DNA of 64,000 nucleotides, taken from NCBI GenBank assembly GCA_001792305.1, contig MGGH01000023.1, positions 34,347-98,346 on the forward strand. Direction: 5' to 3'. The DNA is from Candidatus Woesebacteria bacterium RIFCSPHIGHO2_01_FULL_39_23 (GTDB lineage: Bacteria > Patescibacteriota > Microgenomatia > UBA8517). The notes beneath the pieces are model-generated. The model ran no database searches, was not told the DNA's origin, and saw only the letters and a list, made by a program, of their open reading frames with translations. Numbering within the stretch: the stretch's first letter is position 1; each line of letters opens with the position of its first letter. Shown here piece after piece: positions 9,447-18,633 of the stretch. A program made the position numbers and the translations under genes.

Positions 9447-10178
9447 TCAAATTAAATCGACATTCATGGCTATAGCCAAAGGTGAAGCGTTCATTATATA
9501 TTTATACCCTGACAAATAATGTGTAAGTTTTTCATCGTCTAAAGACATTTTGCCGCCGTAAGATGGATCCAATACAACCAACCGATGTTTAGGTTCTCTT
9601 ATTAGAGTTATAAAGTGGTCAGTATGTTCCGCATAACCTAAGTAAAAGTAGTCTCCACGAATCGCCAATGGGCCGACTGTTTGGGTATGATTAACTATCC
9701 AATCTACAGTTAATGGTTGGTACACTAATTCGATTTGTCTTTCTTCATTGTATGATCTAGTCAAGTTATGTTGCGTCCTTGTGTCTGTGTAAAAAGTTAA
9801 TCTCGTGTTTGGGAAATGTCGAACGAAGGTTGCAGCAACCTTAAGCGGATAGTAACCTGGATATACACCGTAGGACTCCATGTAAAGTTCTCTTTGAAGG
9901 CGTTCGAGATCAAAGGGTGTTCTGGTTAAATCGCGTAGCATCATTAAAAGGCAAGCGTTACCACACGTTAAGGCATCTCTTTGATGGTGCACCTCAAAAA
10001 AGCCCTTCCTTTCCTTCATTTCATTTAATCCTCCAATATTTAATTTGACCAAAATAAATGCATAAAGAAAATAAAATTGTAACGAAAAGAGTTGTAAATT
10101 CAGTAAAGAAATAGCCAATATCGACAAGTTCCCCATTTCCTGAGATTCTAAGTGTGAACCCAATGATATAGTTGACAA
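9447..10178 (-). CDS. Standalone peptidase C39-like (papain-fold cysteine peptidase) domain protein. Start uncertain: either the upstream TM-containing start at 10178 or the internal Met at 10019.
   Basis: HHQRDALTCGNACLLMM fits the C39 Q..DCG.ACL active-site pattern, and HTDHFITL supplies the His. No ABC transporter domain is attached. Confidence 0.5.
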   Translation of the reverse strand: MSTISLGSHLESQEMGNLSILAISLLNLQLFSLQFYFLYAFILVKLNIGGLNEMKERKGFFEVHHQRDALTCGNACLLMMLRDLTRTPFDLERLQRELYMESYGVYPGYYPLKVAATFVRHFPNTRLTFYTDTRTQHNLTRSYNEERQIELVYQPLTVDWIVNHTQTVGPLAIRGDYFYLGYAEHTDHFITLIREPKHRLVVLDPSYGGKMSLDDEKLTHYLSGYKYIMNASPLAIAMNVDLI

Positions 10179-10381
10179 GAGGAAAGATGAAGATGGCTAG
10201 TTTCCTTAAGTTCAGGCTGAAATCCTTTGCGAAAGACCTGATCAAAAAGACTGATGCGAAAAGGATTATTATCTCGACAAAAATTGCTTTGGACATAACA
10301 AATTTTCCTTTCTGGTTGGTTAGTGTAGCATTTAAAAAATTTATTATCTTTTAAAAATTTAAGCGTGGTAGAATTGAGCTT

Positions 10382-13324
10382 ATGAGTGAGCAGAAGAAGC
10401 TTAATAAGGAGCAAAAGGAAACCGTGGAGTTTGGGAGTGGGCCGCTTTTGATAATCGCAGGAGCGGGTACGGGGAAAACAACTGTCATAACTGAAAGAAT
10501 AAAGCATTTGATATCTTCCGAACTAGCAAAACCCCAAGAGATTCTTGCGTTAACTTTCACTGAAAAAGCCGCGCGGGAAATGGAAACCAGAGTTGATGAA
10601 ATTATGCCTTATGGTTATACGCAAATGTGGATCATGACGTTCCACTCCTTTTGCGATCGGGTCTTGCGAACTGAGGCACTTCATATTGGTCTTGACCCGA
10701 GGTACAAGTTAATGACAGAAGCAGACGCAACGGCTTTAGTCCGGAAGAGCTTGTTTAAATTTGATCTTGACTATTTCAGACCTTTAGGGAATCCGACGAA
10801 ATTTATTAGCGGAATATTACAACACTTCTCTCGATTGCAAGATGAAGACATATCGCCCGCGGAATATTTCCGCTGGGCTCAAAATCACAACTCCCGCCTT
10901 CGCCGAAGTTACGGCGGGCAAGCAAAACTTAAATCTGAAAATAGTGAAGAAATAAAGAAATGGAAAGAATTAGCTGGGGCGTACAGAACTTATGACGAGG
11001 TCAAAGTTAAAGAAAACGTCATGGATTTTGGGGATTTGATAACAAAGACATTAAAACTTTTCAGAGATAGGCCAAATGTATTGAAAGAATATAGAGAAAA
11101 GTTTAAGTATATTTTGGTAGACGAGTACCAGGATACAAACTTTGCCCAAAACGAACTGGTAAAACTTCTTGCGGGTAAGAAGGGAAATGTAACCGTCGTC
11201 GCAGATGATGACCAAAGTATCTATAGGTTTCGCGGGGCCGCTATTTCAAACATAGTCCAGTTTCGAAAAAGTTTTCCCAAAACCCGTGTTATCACTTTAA
11301 TCCAGAACTACCGCTCTACCCAGGAAATTTTGGATAAAGCATATCAATTGATTCAGAATAACAACCCCGATAGATTGGAAGTTGTAGAAAAAGTTGACAA
11401 GAAGCTTGTTTCGCAAGTCGCCAAAGACGGAGAGTCTATTAAATTTATACATGAAGTTAGGGTTGAAAACGAAGCGGAAGCAGTAGCTAAGGAAGTTACT
11501 AAGTTACTAAGTTACAAAGATATTAAGTATCAGTACAAAGATTTTGCGATGCTAGTCCGCGCAAACAACCATGCAGAGCCGTTTATTAGAGCTTTTCAAA
11601 GACACTTAATTCCCTATCAGTTTTTAGGGCCGGGAAGACTTTTTAGACAAAGTGAGATAGTTGATCTTATTTCGTACTTGCGAGTTTTATATAATTTTGA
11701 GGATTCGGTATCCCTCTATAGAGTGTTGTCTATCGAATATTTTGACATTTCGGCTCGTGATTTAGCAAAAATCGGTAACTTTGCGAAGAGATATAACCTT
11801 TCAATGTTTGAGGCATGCGAGAAAATCGACGAATTATTTGTGACAGACGAGACAAAAGAAAAAATAAAAAATATGGTCGGCTTGGTGAATAAACATTTAA
11901 AGCTGGTTCGAAAGGAAACTGCGGGTCAAATCTTGTATTATTTCCTGCGAGATACTGGACTTATTGAAAAGCTGGTAAATCCCAATTCAGCCGAGGCACA
12001 AAAAGAAGCTCTAAACATTTCAAAATTTTTCGATAAATTAAAATCTTATGAAGTAGATCATGAGGATGCGACTGTTACAACTGTCGTTGATTGGCTCGAT
12101 TTGTCTACAGAACTTGGGGAATCGCCGTTGGCGGCTGATAGTGACTGGACAGATATAAATGCGGTTAATATTTTAACTGTACATTCCAGCAAAGGCTTGG
12201 AGTTTCCGGTTGTTTTTTTGGTCAATTTGGTTGGTCAACGATTCCCATCAACGGAGCGAAGCGAGCAAATTCCGATTCCTGAGGATCTTATAAAAGAGAT
12301 TTTGCCGCAAGGTGATTTTCACCTAGAGGAAGAAAGAAGATTGTTTTACGTTGGGATGACCAGAGCCAGGGAAAGGCTTTATTTTACTGCTAGTGATTAT
12401 TATGGAGAGGGTAAACGGGAAAAAAAGCTCAGTCCTTTTATTTTCGAGACGCTTGGAGACGAAGTAATTGCCAGTGAACAGTCAACTATGGGGACCCAGC
12501 AGTTGTCTTTTTTGGACTATCAATCCGTGAAGCAGATTACTGATGCCCGGCAACCGACAACCAAGCTACATGTTGATTATTTGTCCTACAGCCAAATAGA
12601 AACTTTTAGGGTATGCCCCTTGCATTATAAGCTGGGTTATATACTGCGAATTCCGACTCCCCCCTCCGCTTCACAAAGTTTTGGGACATCAATTCACTCG
12701 GCATTAAAGAAATTTTATGATGGGGTCAAAAATGGTGAAAGTCCGACCGAAAAATATATTTTGTCACTTCTAGATAGTAATTGGGTCAAAGAAGGGTATA
12801 CAAGTCGCGATCATGAAAGGAAATTTTTGGAGAAAGGTAAAGATTATTTGAAAGGGTACTTAAATGTAGAGTTTAATCCGAAAGTAATACCTTCGCTTTT
12901 GGAACAGAGATTTACCATTCCGTTATCTAAAGAAGGCGAACGGCCGTTAAAAATGGGCGGAGTAATTGACCGTATTGATGAAGCCTATGACGGCTCAATT
13001 GAAATAATTGACTATAAAACCGGTGCCAATATCCCTTCGCAACCAGAGATTGATAAAAACCTGCAGATGACCTTTTACGCTTTAGCTTCAACAATGATAC
13101 GCGAGCAACCTTTCAACAAAGGCCCGCAGGAGGTAGTTTTGTCTTTGTATTTTTTGGACAACCAACAAAAAATTTCAACCAAAAGGACAAAGGAACAACT
13201 TGAGGAAGCAGTAAAAGAAATTTTTAAAGTACGTCGCCAAATTGAGGAGTCTGATTTTTCTTGCTCCGGCCACATGTTTTGCAAAAACTGCGAATACAAA
13301 TTAATGTGCAATGTGGATAGCTAA
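10382..13324 (+). CDS. UvrD/PcrA-type SF1 helicase fused to a C-terminal PD-(D/E)xK nuclease with a 4-Cys cluster (AddAB/Cas4-like)
   Basis: Walker A AGAGTGKTTV, helicase motifs TFTEKAAREM and VDEYQDTN. C-terminal EIIDYKTG (nuclease motif) and CSGHMFCKNCEYKLMC (Cys cluster). Confidence 0.8.
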   Translation: MSEQKKLNKEQKETVEFGSGPLLIIAGAGTGKTTVITERIKHLISSELAKPQEILALTFTEKAAREMETRVDEIMPYGYTQMWIMTFHSFCDRVLRTEALHIGLDPRYKLMTEADATALVRKSLFKFDLDYFRPLGNPTKFISGILQHFSRLQDEDISPAEYFRWAQNHNSRLRRSYGGQAKLKSENSEEIKKWKELAGAYRTYDEVKVKENVMDFGDLITKTLKLFRDRPNVLKEYREKFKYILVDEYQDTNFAQNELVKLLAGKKGNVTVVADDDQSIYRFRGAAISNIVQFRKSFPKTRVITLIQNYRSTQEILDKAYQLIQNNNPDRLEVVEKVDKKLVSQVAKDGESIKFIHEVRVENEAEAVAKEVTKLLSYKDIKYQYKDFAMLVRANNHAEPFIRAFQRHLIPYQFLGPGRLFRQSEIVDLISYLRVLYNFEDSVSLYRVLSIEYFDISARDLAKIGNFAKRYNLSMFEACEKIDELFVTDETKEKIKNMVGLVNKHLKLVRKETAGQILYYFLRDTGLIEKLVNPNSAEAQKEALNISKFFDKLKSYEVDHEDATVTTVVDWLDLSTELGESPLAADSDWTDINAVNILTVHSSKGLEFPVVFLVNLVGQRFPSTERSEQIPIPEDLIKEILPQGDFHLEEERRLFYVGMTRARERLYFTASDYYGEGKREKKLSPFIFETLGDEVIASEQSTMGTQQLSFLDYQSVKQITDARQPTTKLHVDYLSYSQIETFRVCPLHYKLGYILRIPTPPSASQSFGTSIHSALKKFYDGVKNGESPTEKYILSLLDSNWVKEGYTSRDHERKFLEKGKDYLKGYLNVEFNPKVIPSLLEQRFTIPLSKEGERPLKMGGVIDRIDEAYDGSIEIIDYKTGANIPSQPEIDKNLQMTFYALASTMIREQPFNKGPQEVVLSLYFLDNQQKISTKRTKEQLEEAVKEIFKVRRQIEESDFSCSGHMFCKNCEYKLMCNVDS

Positions 13325-13893
13325 AGAAGTCTACGTGGAAGGAAATAAATATAGATGGCACTTGAGAAGCACAAGCACGCCATAAGTATGAAGAGTGCAT
13401 TAAAACCAAAAAGCGTTACAACTGTTCCTCCAATTATTGCGCCAAAAGACATACTAAAATAATTAATCGATTCCCAAGCACCCCACTGCCTTCCCGCCCT
13501 ATCCACGCTTAAATGTTTAGAATAAACAGCATCGAAGGAGGGGCTATAAAAAGCTTCTGCTGAACCAATTAACGCCTGGATCAACGACAGAAATATAACA
13601 GAATTTACTTGTGTAAAAAGCAAATACCCCAACCCTATTACTGCGTATCCCGCTGCGACGATCAGCTCATTTTGTTTAATTTTGTCTGCAAATTTTCCTG
13701 CGACTATGGTTGTAATACCTGCTGCAAAAGCAAACGCACCCCCCGTAAGGCTGGCATCCAATAAACTTCCACCAACTTTGTCAACGAACAATGCATAAAT
13801 TGGGGCAAGCATGGCACCTGAAATTAAAATGAACGCATTTGTCCCAAGCATGATCTTTAAAGCTTTATTAAGATGAATATTAAAATTTGGCAT
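13321..13893 (-). CDS. MFS-like 6-TM protein (half-size; possible truncated transporter)
   Basis: 190 aa with 6 predicted TM helices and a motif-A-like loop (GKFADKIKQNEL). There is no partner half within 162 bp upstream. Confidence 0.4.
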   Translation of the reverse strand: MPNFNIHLNKALKIMLGTNAFILISGAMLAPIYALFVDKVGGSLLDASLTGGAFAFAAGITTIVAGKFADKIKQNELIVAAGYAVIGLGYLLFTQVNSVIFLSLIQALIGSAEAFYSPSFDAVYSKHLSVDRAGRQWGAWESINYFSMSFGAIIGGTVVTLFGFNALFILMACLCFSSAIYIYFLPRRLL

Positions 13894-14055
13894 TAATTAA
13901 TAAATTCTACTATTTATTTTGCTGAATTTGGGTGCCGATTATATATGTTTTTGTGATTTGAGTTTAGATGCGATCCGACTTACAGCAATGGGAAACCCAT
14001 TATTCTGTCCGCATCGCGATAAGGATTTTCATTGGTTAATTTCATTTTGACATTC

Positions 14056-14730
14056 TTACTTCAAGAGCTCTTTTAAAGCGTCTTTGGCAATCCAGTTGGC
14101 AGTTTTGTTGTCCATCTTTTGGATTTCTCGGGCGAGTATAATTACCGTCTTTTTAAGATTTTGATTTCTTTTACCTATTTGCCTGAGGGCCCAATTGACT
14201 GCCTTTTTAACAAAATTTCTTTTGTCTTTCGAAGCGTTTTTAATAAGAGGGAGGAATTTTAGGAATTTTTTATCAGCTGCGTTTTTGTCATGCCAGGCAA
14301 GACAAGCCATTAACGCAAAACCTGCTCTTTTTTCAAATTCTTTGTGTTTTTTTGACCATTCTGCGGCCTTATCAAATGCAAAGGGAGTTTTGTCAAATAA
14401 GTTCATGCAAATCTGGTCGCACAGGTCCCAGGAGTTAAATTCTTTTATCCAACTATCCATCTGTTTTTGGGTGACAAGTTCAGGCACATCAATCATCGAT
14501 GCTAAGATTCTCACTTCGTGGATTTTGCTACCCCACAGTTTACTAGCCAGTTTGTGTTTTTCTTGCGACTTATTTTTAAGCTCTTTTTCGATATCCGCAG
14601 CGAGCTTTCTCAATACGGGAACATTTACTCCGAGTGCATACTTTGGATTTATCCCGAATCTCGCCATCCCTTCAACATTTTTGGGGTTTGATAACAATTT
14701 AAGTTTCTTGATGACTTTTTCGATATCCAT
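14056..14730 (-). CDS. DNA alkylation repair enzyme (AlkC/AlkD-like HEAT-repeat glycosylase family)
   Basis: MDIEKVIKKLKLLSNPKNVEGMARFGINPKYALGVNVPVLRKLA is typical of the DNA alkylation repair family. Confidence 0.65.
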   Translation of the reverse strand: MDIEKVIKKLKLLSNPKNVEGMARFGINPKYALGVNVPVLRKLAADIEKELKNKSQEKHKLASKLWGSKIHEVRILASMIDVPELVTQKQMDSWIKEFNSWDLCDQICMNLFDKTPFAFDKAAEWSKKHKEFEKRAGFALMACLAWHDKNAADKKFLKFLPLIKNASKDKRNFVKKAVNWALRQIGKRNQNLKKTVIILAREIQKMDNKTANWIAKDALKELLK

Positions 14731-14765
14731 CTCTATCAGTCTATGCCCACTACTAAGTTATTTTA

Positions 14766-15503
14766 TCAATATTCGATAAATTCTAAAATTTCCCTCGCCA
14801 ATCTTTTCGGATACTTTACTGGAATACTGTGGTTACAGGCAAATGAGATAATTTTCGCGTTTTGGAAATGTTTATAAAGCTCTGTGCCATGAGTTCTGAC
14901 AATTGCCTGATCTTTGGTTCCATAGGCAATTAGGGTTTTATTGATTATGCTCTGTGTTTCTTCTGGCCAATTATGAGCCAAAAGGTCTTTGCAACAGAGT
15001 GCAACCGACTTCGCGTCGCTGTTTTTTAGAAACCCTGGATCCATAGGTATTAGATTTTTGATAACCGTTTTAAGATATTGGTGGTTAGAGTTTAGTATTT
15101 TTTTAATCACACGGTCGACAAAATAAAAGTTGACACCGAGCCAGATTAAAAACTTATAAGAAAGTGGAGACCCTGATTTTGGGTTTCGTAAGGGTACCGA
15201 GATAATGATTAACTTTTCCACTTCTTTTGGGAATCTTATGGTGTATTCCAGGGAGATATAACCGCCAAGCGAATGCCCTACCAAAATAAATGGGGGTTTA
15301 ATATTTATCTTTTTAAGCTGATCTTTAAGATAATTTGGATAGGTCTCAAAATTTAAAGGAACACTGTTGTAATAAGTTCCGTATGGATCTATATCTATTG
15401 CATGACAACTGTATTTATTTTTAGGCAAGGATTGAATTAACTTGTCCCAAAGTTGTTTTGTATAGCCTAAACCGGGAATAAAGACGATTGTTTGTTTTTG
15501 CAT
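14766..15503 (-). CDS. Alpha/beta-hydrolase fold protein
   Basis: Nucleophile elbow ILVGHSLGG. Confidence 0.7.
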   Translation of the reverse strand: MQKQTIVFIPGLGYTKQLWDKLIQSLPKNKYSCHAIDIDPYGTYYNSVPLNFETYPNYLKDQLKKINIKPPFILVGHSLGGYISLEYTIRFPKEVEKLIIISVPLRNPKSGSPLSYKFLIWLGVNFYFVDRVIKKILNSNHQYLKTVIKNLIPMDPGFLKNSDAKSVALCCKDLLAHNWPEETQSIINKTLIAYGTKDQAIVRTHGTELYKHFQNAKIISFACNHSIPVKYPKRLAREILEFIEY

Positions 15504-15506
15504 TAC

Positions 15507-16328
15507 CTAAAATGGTAACAGAAATTTAGAATAGGCGCCGGGATATTCAACTTCTAAACCCCCAAAACTTTTTTTGAAGCGGGAGAAACCGAGCCACGAT
15601 TTTAGAGGGAATCTATCGTCGTAAACACCTTCAAAATCAAAAACCTTGCACTTTAGTTTCTTTGCCAATCTTATCACTTCCCAAGTAACCAAGGTTGGGG
15701 CGAATAGTTTTTTCCCTTCCGGAGTTGCGGCAGCATACATATAGTAGGCGACATAACCTGTTTCAGGCATTAAAATTCCGGCGAGAAGTTTGTTGTCTTT
15801 ATAAGCCAATAAAAGGTGTGAATTTTTTCCAAAAGCGTTGTGTATGGCGTGTATTGATTTGCCGAGTTTTAAAAACTTTCTACTTGGTTGCGCATTTAGC
15901 CAAAGGTCTACGAATCTTTCTATATCTTTTGATTTTTTGACTACTACACCCCTTTTTAGTGCAACTTTTATATTGTATCTGGTTTTATAATGCATTTCTT
16001 TTAGTACCTCTTTTTCCGATTTTGTTAAATCAATGTGAACTGTTTTACTTGGTAAATAAGGAGATTTAGTTAGTTTAAATCCATGCTTTATAAGTGGTTT
16101 ACCCTGAGCGAGGTCGAAGGGTTCTATGACAATTTGAAAGGCTCTATATTTTTTCACAACGCGGTTTATTTGATTAAAGTCGGTTATTTTAGGTCTTTGG
16201 ATTTTGACAAATGATCCGATTACTGGAAGCCTTTTTATAAAGTAATTTACACCACCAACTCTTTCCACGATCCAGCCAATACTTTTCATATATTTTGCAT
16301 ATTCCTTGGTTTGTCGAAGATCAGTCAT
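15507..16328 (-). CDS. FemAB-family peptidoglycan cross-bridge peptidyltransferase-like (GNAT fold)
   Basis: Paralog of 17027..17995: KTRYNIKVALKRGVVVK here versus KTRYNIRLAQKHGVKVIE there. The FemAB-like architecture is common in CPR genomes. Confidence 0.55.
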   Translation of the reverse strand: MTDLRQTKEYAKYMKSIGWIVERVGGVNYFIKRLPVIGSFVKIQRPKITDFNQINRVVKKYRAFQIVIEPFDLAQGKPLIKHGFKLTKSPYLPSKTVHIDLTKSEKEVLKEMHYKTRYNIKVALKRGVVVKKSKDIERFVDLWLNAQPSRKFLKLGKSIHAIHNAFGKNSHLLLAYKDNKLLAGILMPETGYVAYYMYAAATPEGKKLFAPTLVTWEVIRLAKKLKCKVFDFEGVYDDRFPLKSWLGFSRFKKSFGGLEVEYPGAYSKFLLPF

Positions 16329-16345
16329 AATTTAAAAGTCAGCGA

Positions 16346-17023
16346 TTAGTGACTTGTGGTTAGTATTTCTTTGATTATCTCAAAGGTTTCTGGTGAGTTT
16401 ATAATATTCAAGTGGCCTGCAACGTCGATTTTAACGTTCTTCGCCCCTTTGAGGACTAAACTACTATTCGGAATGACAACTTCGTCAAGTCTAGGATAAA
16501 GGTTTGTAAACATTTTATTTACTCTAACCTTTCGGTCAAGATTTTTTATAAGCTTTGAAGAAGGGACAATTTCACCAAGGTTAAATATATTTACATAGCC
16601 TGAATAAGTTCCCTTATAGGGAGAGGAAATGCTAATTACTTTGGAAACGCGGTTTGAATACTTCGAATTTATCAGAAAATATTTAGTTATAACACCACCT
16701 TTGCTATGACTTATTATAAGAGAGTCTTTAATTGCATTTTCGTTAATATAGTTTTCAAGTATTTCCGAGCATTTTTTAATTTTGGCGGTGTTATTTCCTA
16801 ACTTTTTTAGAACATGCACCCTGTATCCAAGACCATTAATAAAATTTCCTATTTTGATTAGGTATGACCAGGTTCCACCAAAACCTTGTACTAAAATGAC
16901 ATTGCCTTCCTTTCCATAAGACCATTTTTCTGGTGGTGTTCGAATAATAAAATTACTAAGTTTTGCAATTGGGTGAGTTAGAATATCCAAAATTATTTCC
17001 AAGGTGGTTTTTAAAATTCTCAT
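16346..17023 (-). CDS. Lipase-like alpha/beta hydrolase (DUF676/PGAP1-like)
   Basis: GxSxG elbow ISHSKGG. About 225 aa. Confidence 0.5.
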   Translation of the reverse strand: MRILKTTLEIILDILTHPIAKLSNFIIRTPPEKWSYGKEGNVILVQGFGGTWSYLIKIGNFINGLGYRVHVLKKLGNNTAKIKKCSEILENYINENAIKDSLIISHSKGGVITKYFLINSKYSNRVSKVISISSPYKGTYSGYVNIFNLGEIVPSSKLIKNLDRKVRVNKMFTNLYPRLDEVVIPNSSLVLKGAKNVKIDVAGHLNIINSPETFEIIKEILTTSH

Positions 17024-17026
17024 AGT

Positions 17027-17995
17027 TTATAAAGAAGTCTTAGTAAGACTAAACTTAGCTTTAGTTCTTAAAACTAGCCAACGGATTTTTTCAGCAATTC
17101 TATAAAGATGATAAAGGGGGTGTGCTACTAAATCCCAACTTCCTAAAAACTCAATAACCTGTGGGTTATATCCCTCTTTAAATTTTGTAAATCCCTTTCC
17201 AGGCTCCCTTCCCCAAAGGTCAAAAATCTTATAACCCCGGCGCTTGCCAAATCTAATTGCCTCCCACATCATAAGGTTATTTGTCATGACATTTTTGTAT
17301 TTGTCGGAACTGGCACCGTATGGGTAGTAAAGAATTTTGTCGTAGGTAAACAAAATCCAGGTTGTGATAATTTCACTTTTATATTTAGCAACCAGAAGAT
17401 GAGCTAGGGGTGATCGGTGTTCGGTGATCGGTGTTCGGTGAAGGTGCTTCCACATAAGGCGGTGATATTCTGGTGTGTGAGCATAAAAACCTTGTCTTTT
17501 AGCTGTCTCAAAAGTCAGTTCCAAATATTTTTCAAATGCTTTATTTGAGTTATCCTCAATCACTTTTACTCCGTGTTTTTGGGCAAGACGGATGTTGTAG
17601 CGGGTTTTACCGGAAAAACTTTTCAGGAGTTCGTCTTCTGGTTTTGTTAAGTCGATTCGGAAAGTTGTAGGAGTAAATAAAGTTTTACCAGGGACAGCGT
17701 TGTTTTTTTTGAATAAATGAATTATTGAATTATTGACCTCACTTTTTATAATATTTGGTTCCAATTTTATAAATATTAGATTTTTTTCTTTAGCAATCTT
17801 TTTTAGAAAAACAAGCATTTCTTGTGTTGGTTTTGGCCCTTTGATAAACATGCCAATTTTCCATGGCGTAAAAGGGATTTTATGAAGAGTAATTACGCCA
17901 TATTTGGTTTCCAAAACCTCATTTCCCCATTCTTGTCGAAACTGCGCCCACTCGTGAGATTGTAAGGGGTGTTTTGGCTCTCTTGTTTTTACCAT
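17027..17995 (-). CDS. FemAB-family peptidyltransferase-like protein
   Basis: Homologous to 15507..16328. The N-terminus is MVKTREPKHPLQSHEWAQFRQEWG. Confidence 0.55.
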   Translation of the reverse strand: MVKTREPKHPLQSHEWAQFRQEWGNEVLETKYGVITLHKIPFTPWKIGMFIKGPKPTQEMLVFLKKIAKEKNLIFIKLEPNIIKSEVNNSIIHLFKKNNAVPGKTLFTPTTFRIDLTKPEDELLKSFSGKTRYNIRLAQKHGVKVIEDNSNKAFEKYLELTFETAKRQGFYAHTPEYHRLMWKHLHRTPITEHRSPLAHLLVAKYKSEIITTWILFTYDKILYYPYGASSDKYKNVMTNNLMMWEAIRFGKRRGYKIFDLWGREPGKGFTKFKEGYNPQVIEFLGSWDLVAHPLYHLYRIAEKIRWLVLRTKAKFSLTKTSL

Positions 17996-18409
17996 TTAAA
18001 CAACCTCGATATATTTTGGATAATTAAAAGTTACTTTAAAGTGGTCGAAGAATCCGTTATTTCCTAAAACGTCGAAGGAGTTTTGTGGTATTTCTTTTGA
18101 AAAAATAACGTTGGTTTCATACTCCTTTCCCGCAACTCCAAATAAAATTTTAAGTTGGTAACCTTTTATTTCCTTTCCTCCAATACCTCTTATTTTCCTT
18201 TTTTTACCTGTTGAGAGCTTAATTCCCAGATATGAAGTTACCAGTTCTTCAAATAGGCAATAGTCTGCTCCTGAATCTACTATTGCTTGATATCCCACAA
18301 TTCTCTTTTTGTTAAGTAGAATTACAGGAATCACTGGCCTGTAGATTATTTTTTTTCTGGGTGTGGCAGGTGAGGGAGTAACTTCAAATTCTTGATATTG
18401 ATATTTCAT
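17996..18409 (-). CDS. Retropepsin-like (clan AA) aspartic protease, single-domain
   Basis: Catalytic triad motif IVDSGADY plus flap motif RGIGGKEIKGY. 137 aa. Its stop abuts the FemAB start, and its start overlaps the upstream small ORF. Confidence 0.75.
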   Translation of the reverse strand: MKYQYQEFEVTPSPATPRKKIIYRPVIPVILLNKKRIVGYQAIVDSGADYCLFEELVTSYLGIKLSTGKKRKIRGIGGKEIKGYQLKILFGVAGKEYETNVIFSKEIPQNSFDVLGNNGFFDHFKVTFNYPKYIEVV

Positions 18410-18633
18410 TATGCATGAAGATTGTACCCAACATATGGCAATGATTCTTTGGGTATCTTCATTAAATAGGGTATTTTTGTGCCGGATTTTGTGGCTTTTT
18501 CTGCTGCCTCTTTTAGCGTTTTCCCCACACCAGCGACAGTAACAAGATCTTCTTTAAATGCGACCCATTTTCCGGGGTATTTCCTCTGAACCTCAACTCT
18601 ACTGATCGGTTTCATATTTTTATTATACACCAA
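18409..18633 (-). CDS. Small protein partner of the retropepsin. The likely true start is the ATG at 18615, giving 68 aa (the track starts at a TTG). It resembles the ~70-aa DUF5678-like family recalled from memory; unverified.
   Basis: MKPISRVEVQRKYPGKWVAFKEDLVTVAGVGKTLKEAAEKATKSGTKIPYLMKIP, i.e. the pattern GKWVA..D..V.AG.TL.EA.EKA.K.G. It overlaps the protease gene by 1 nt. Confidence 0.55.
   Translation of the reverse strand: MVYNKNMKPISRVEVQRKYPGKWVAFKEDLVTVAGVGKTLKEAAEKATKSGTKIPYLMKIPKESLPYVGYNLHA

Noticed and set aside
14195-14779. 194-aa forward-strand ORF
   Set aside because: It is antisense to the alkylation-repair gene, which has a clear family signature.
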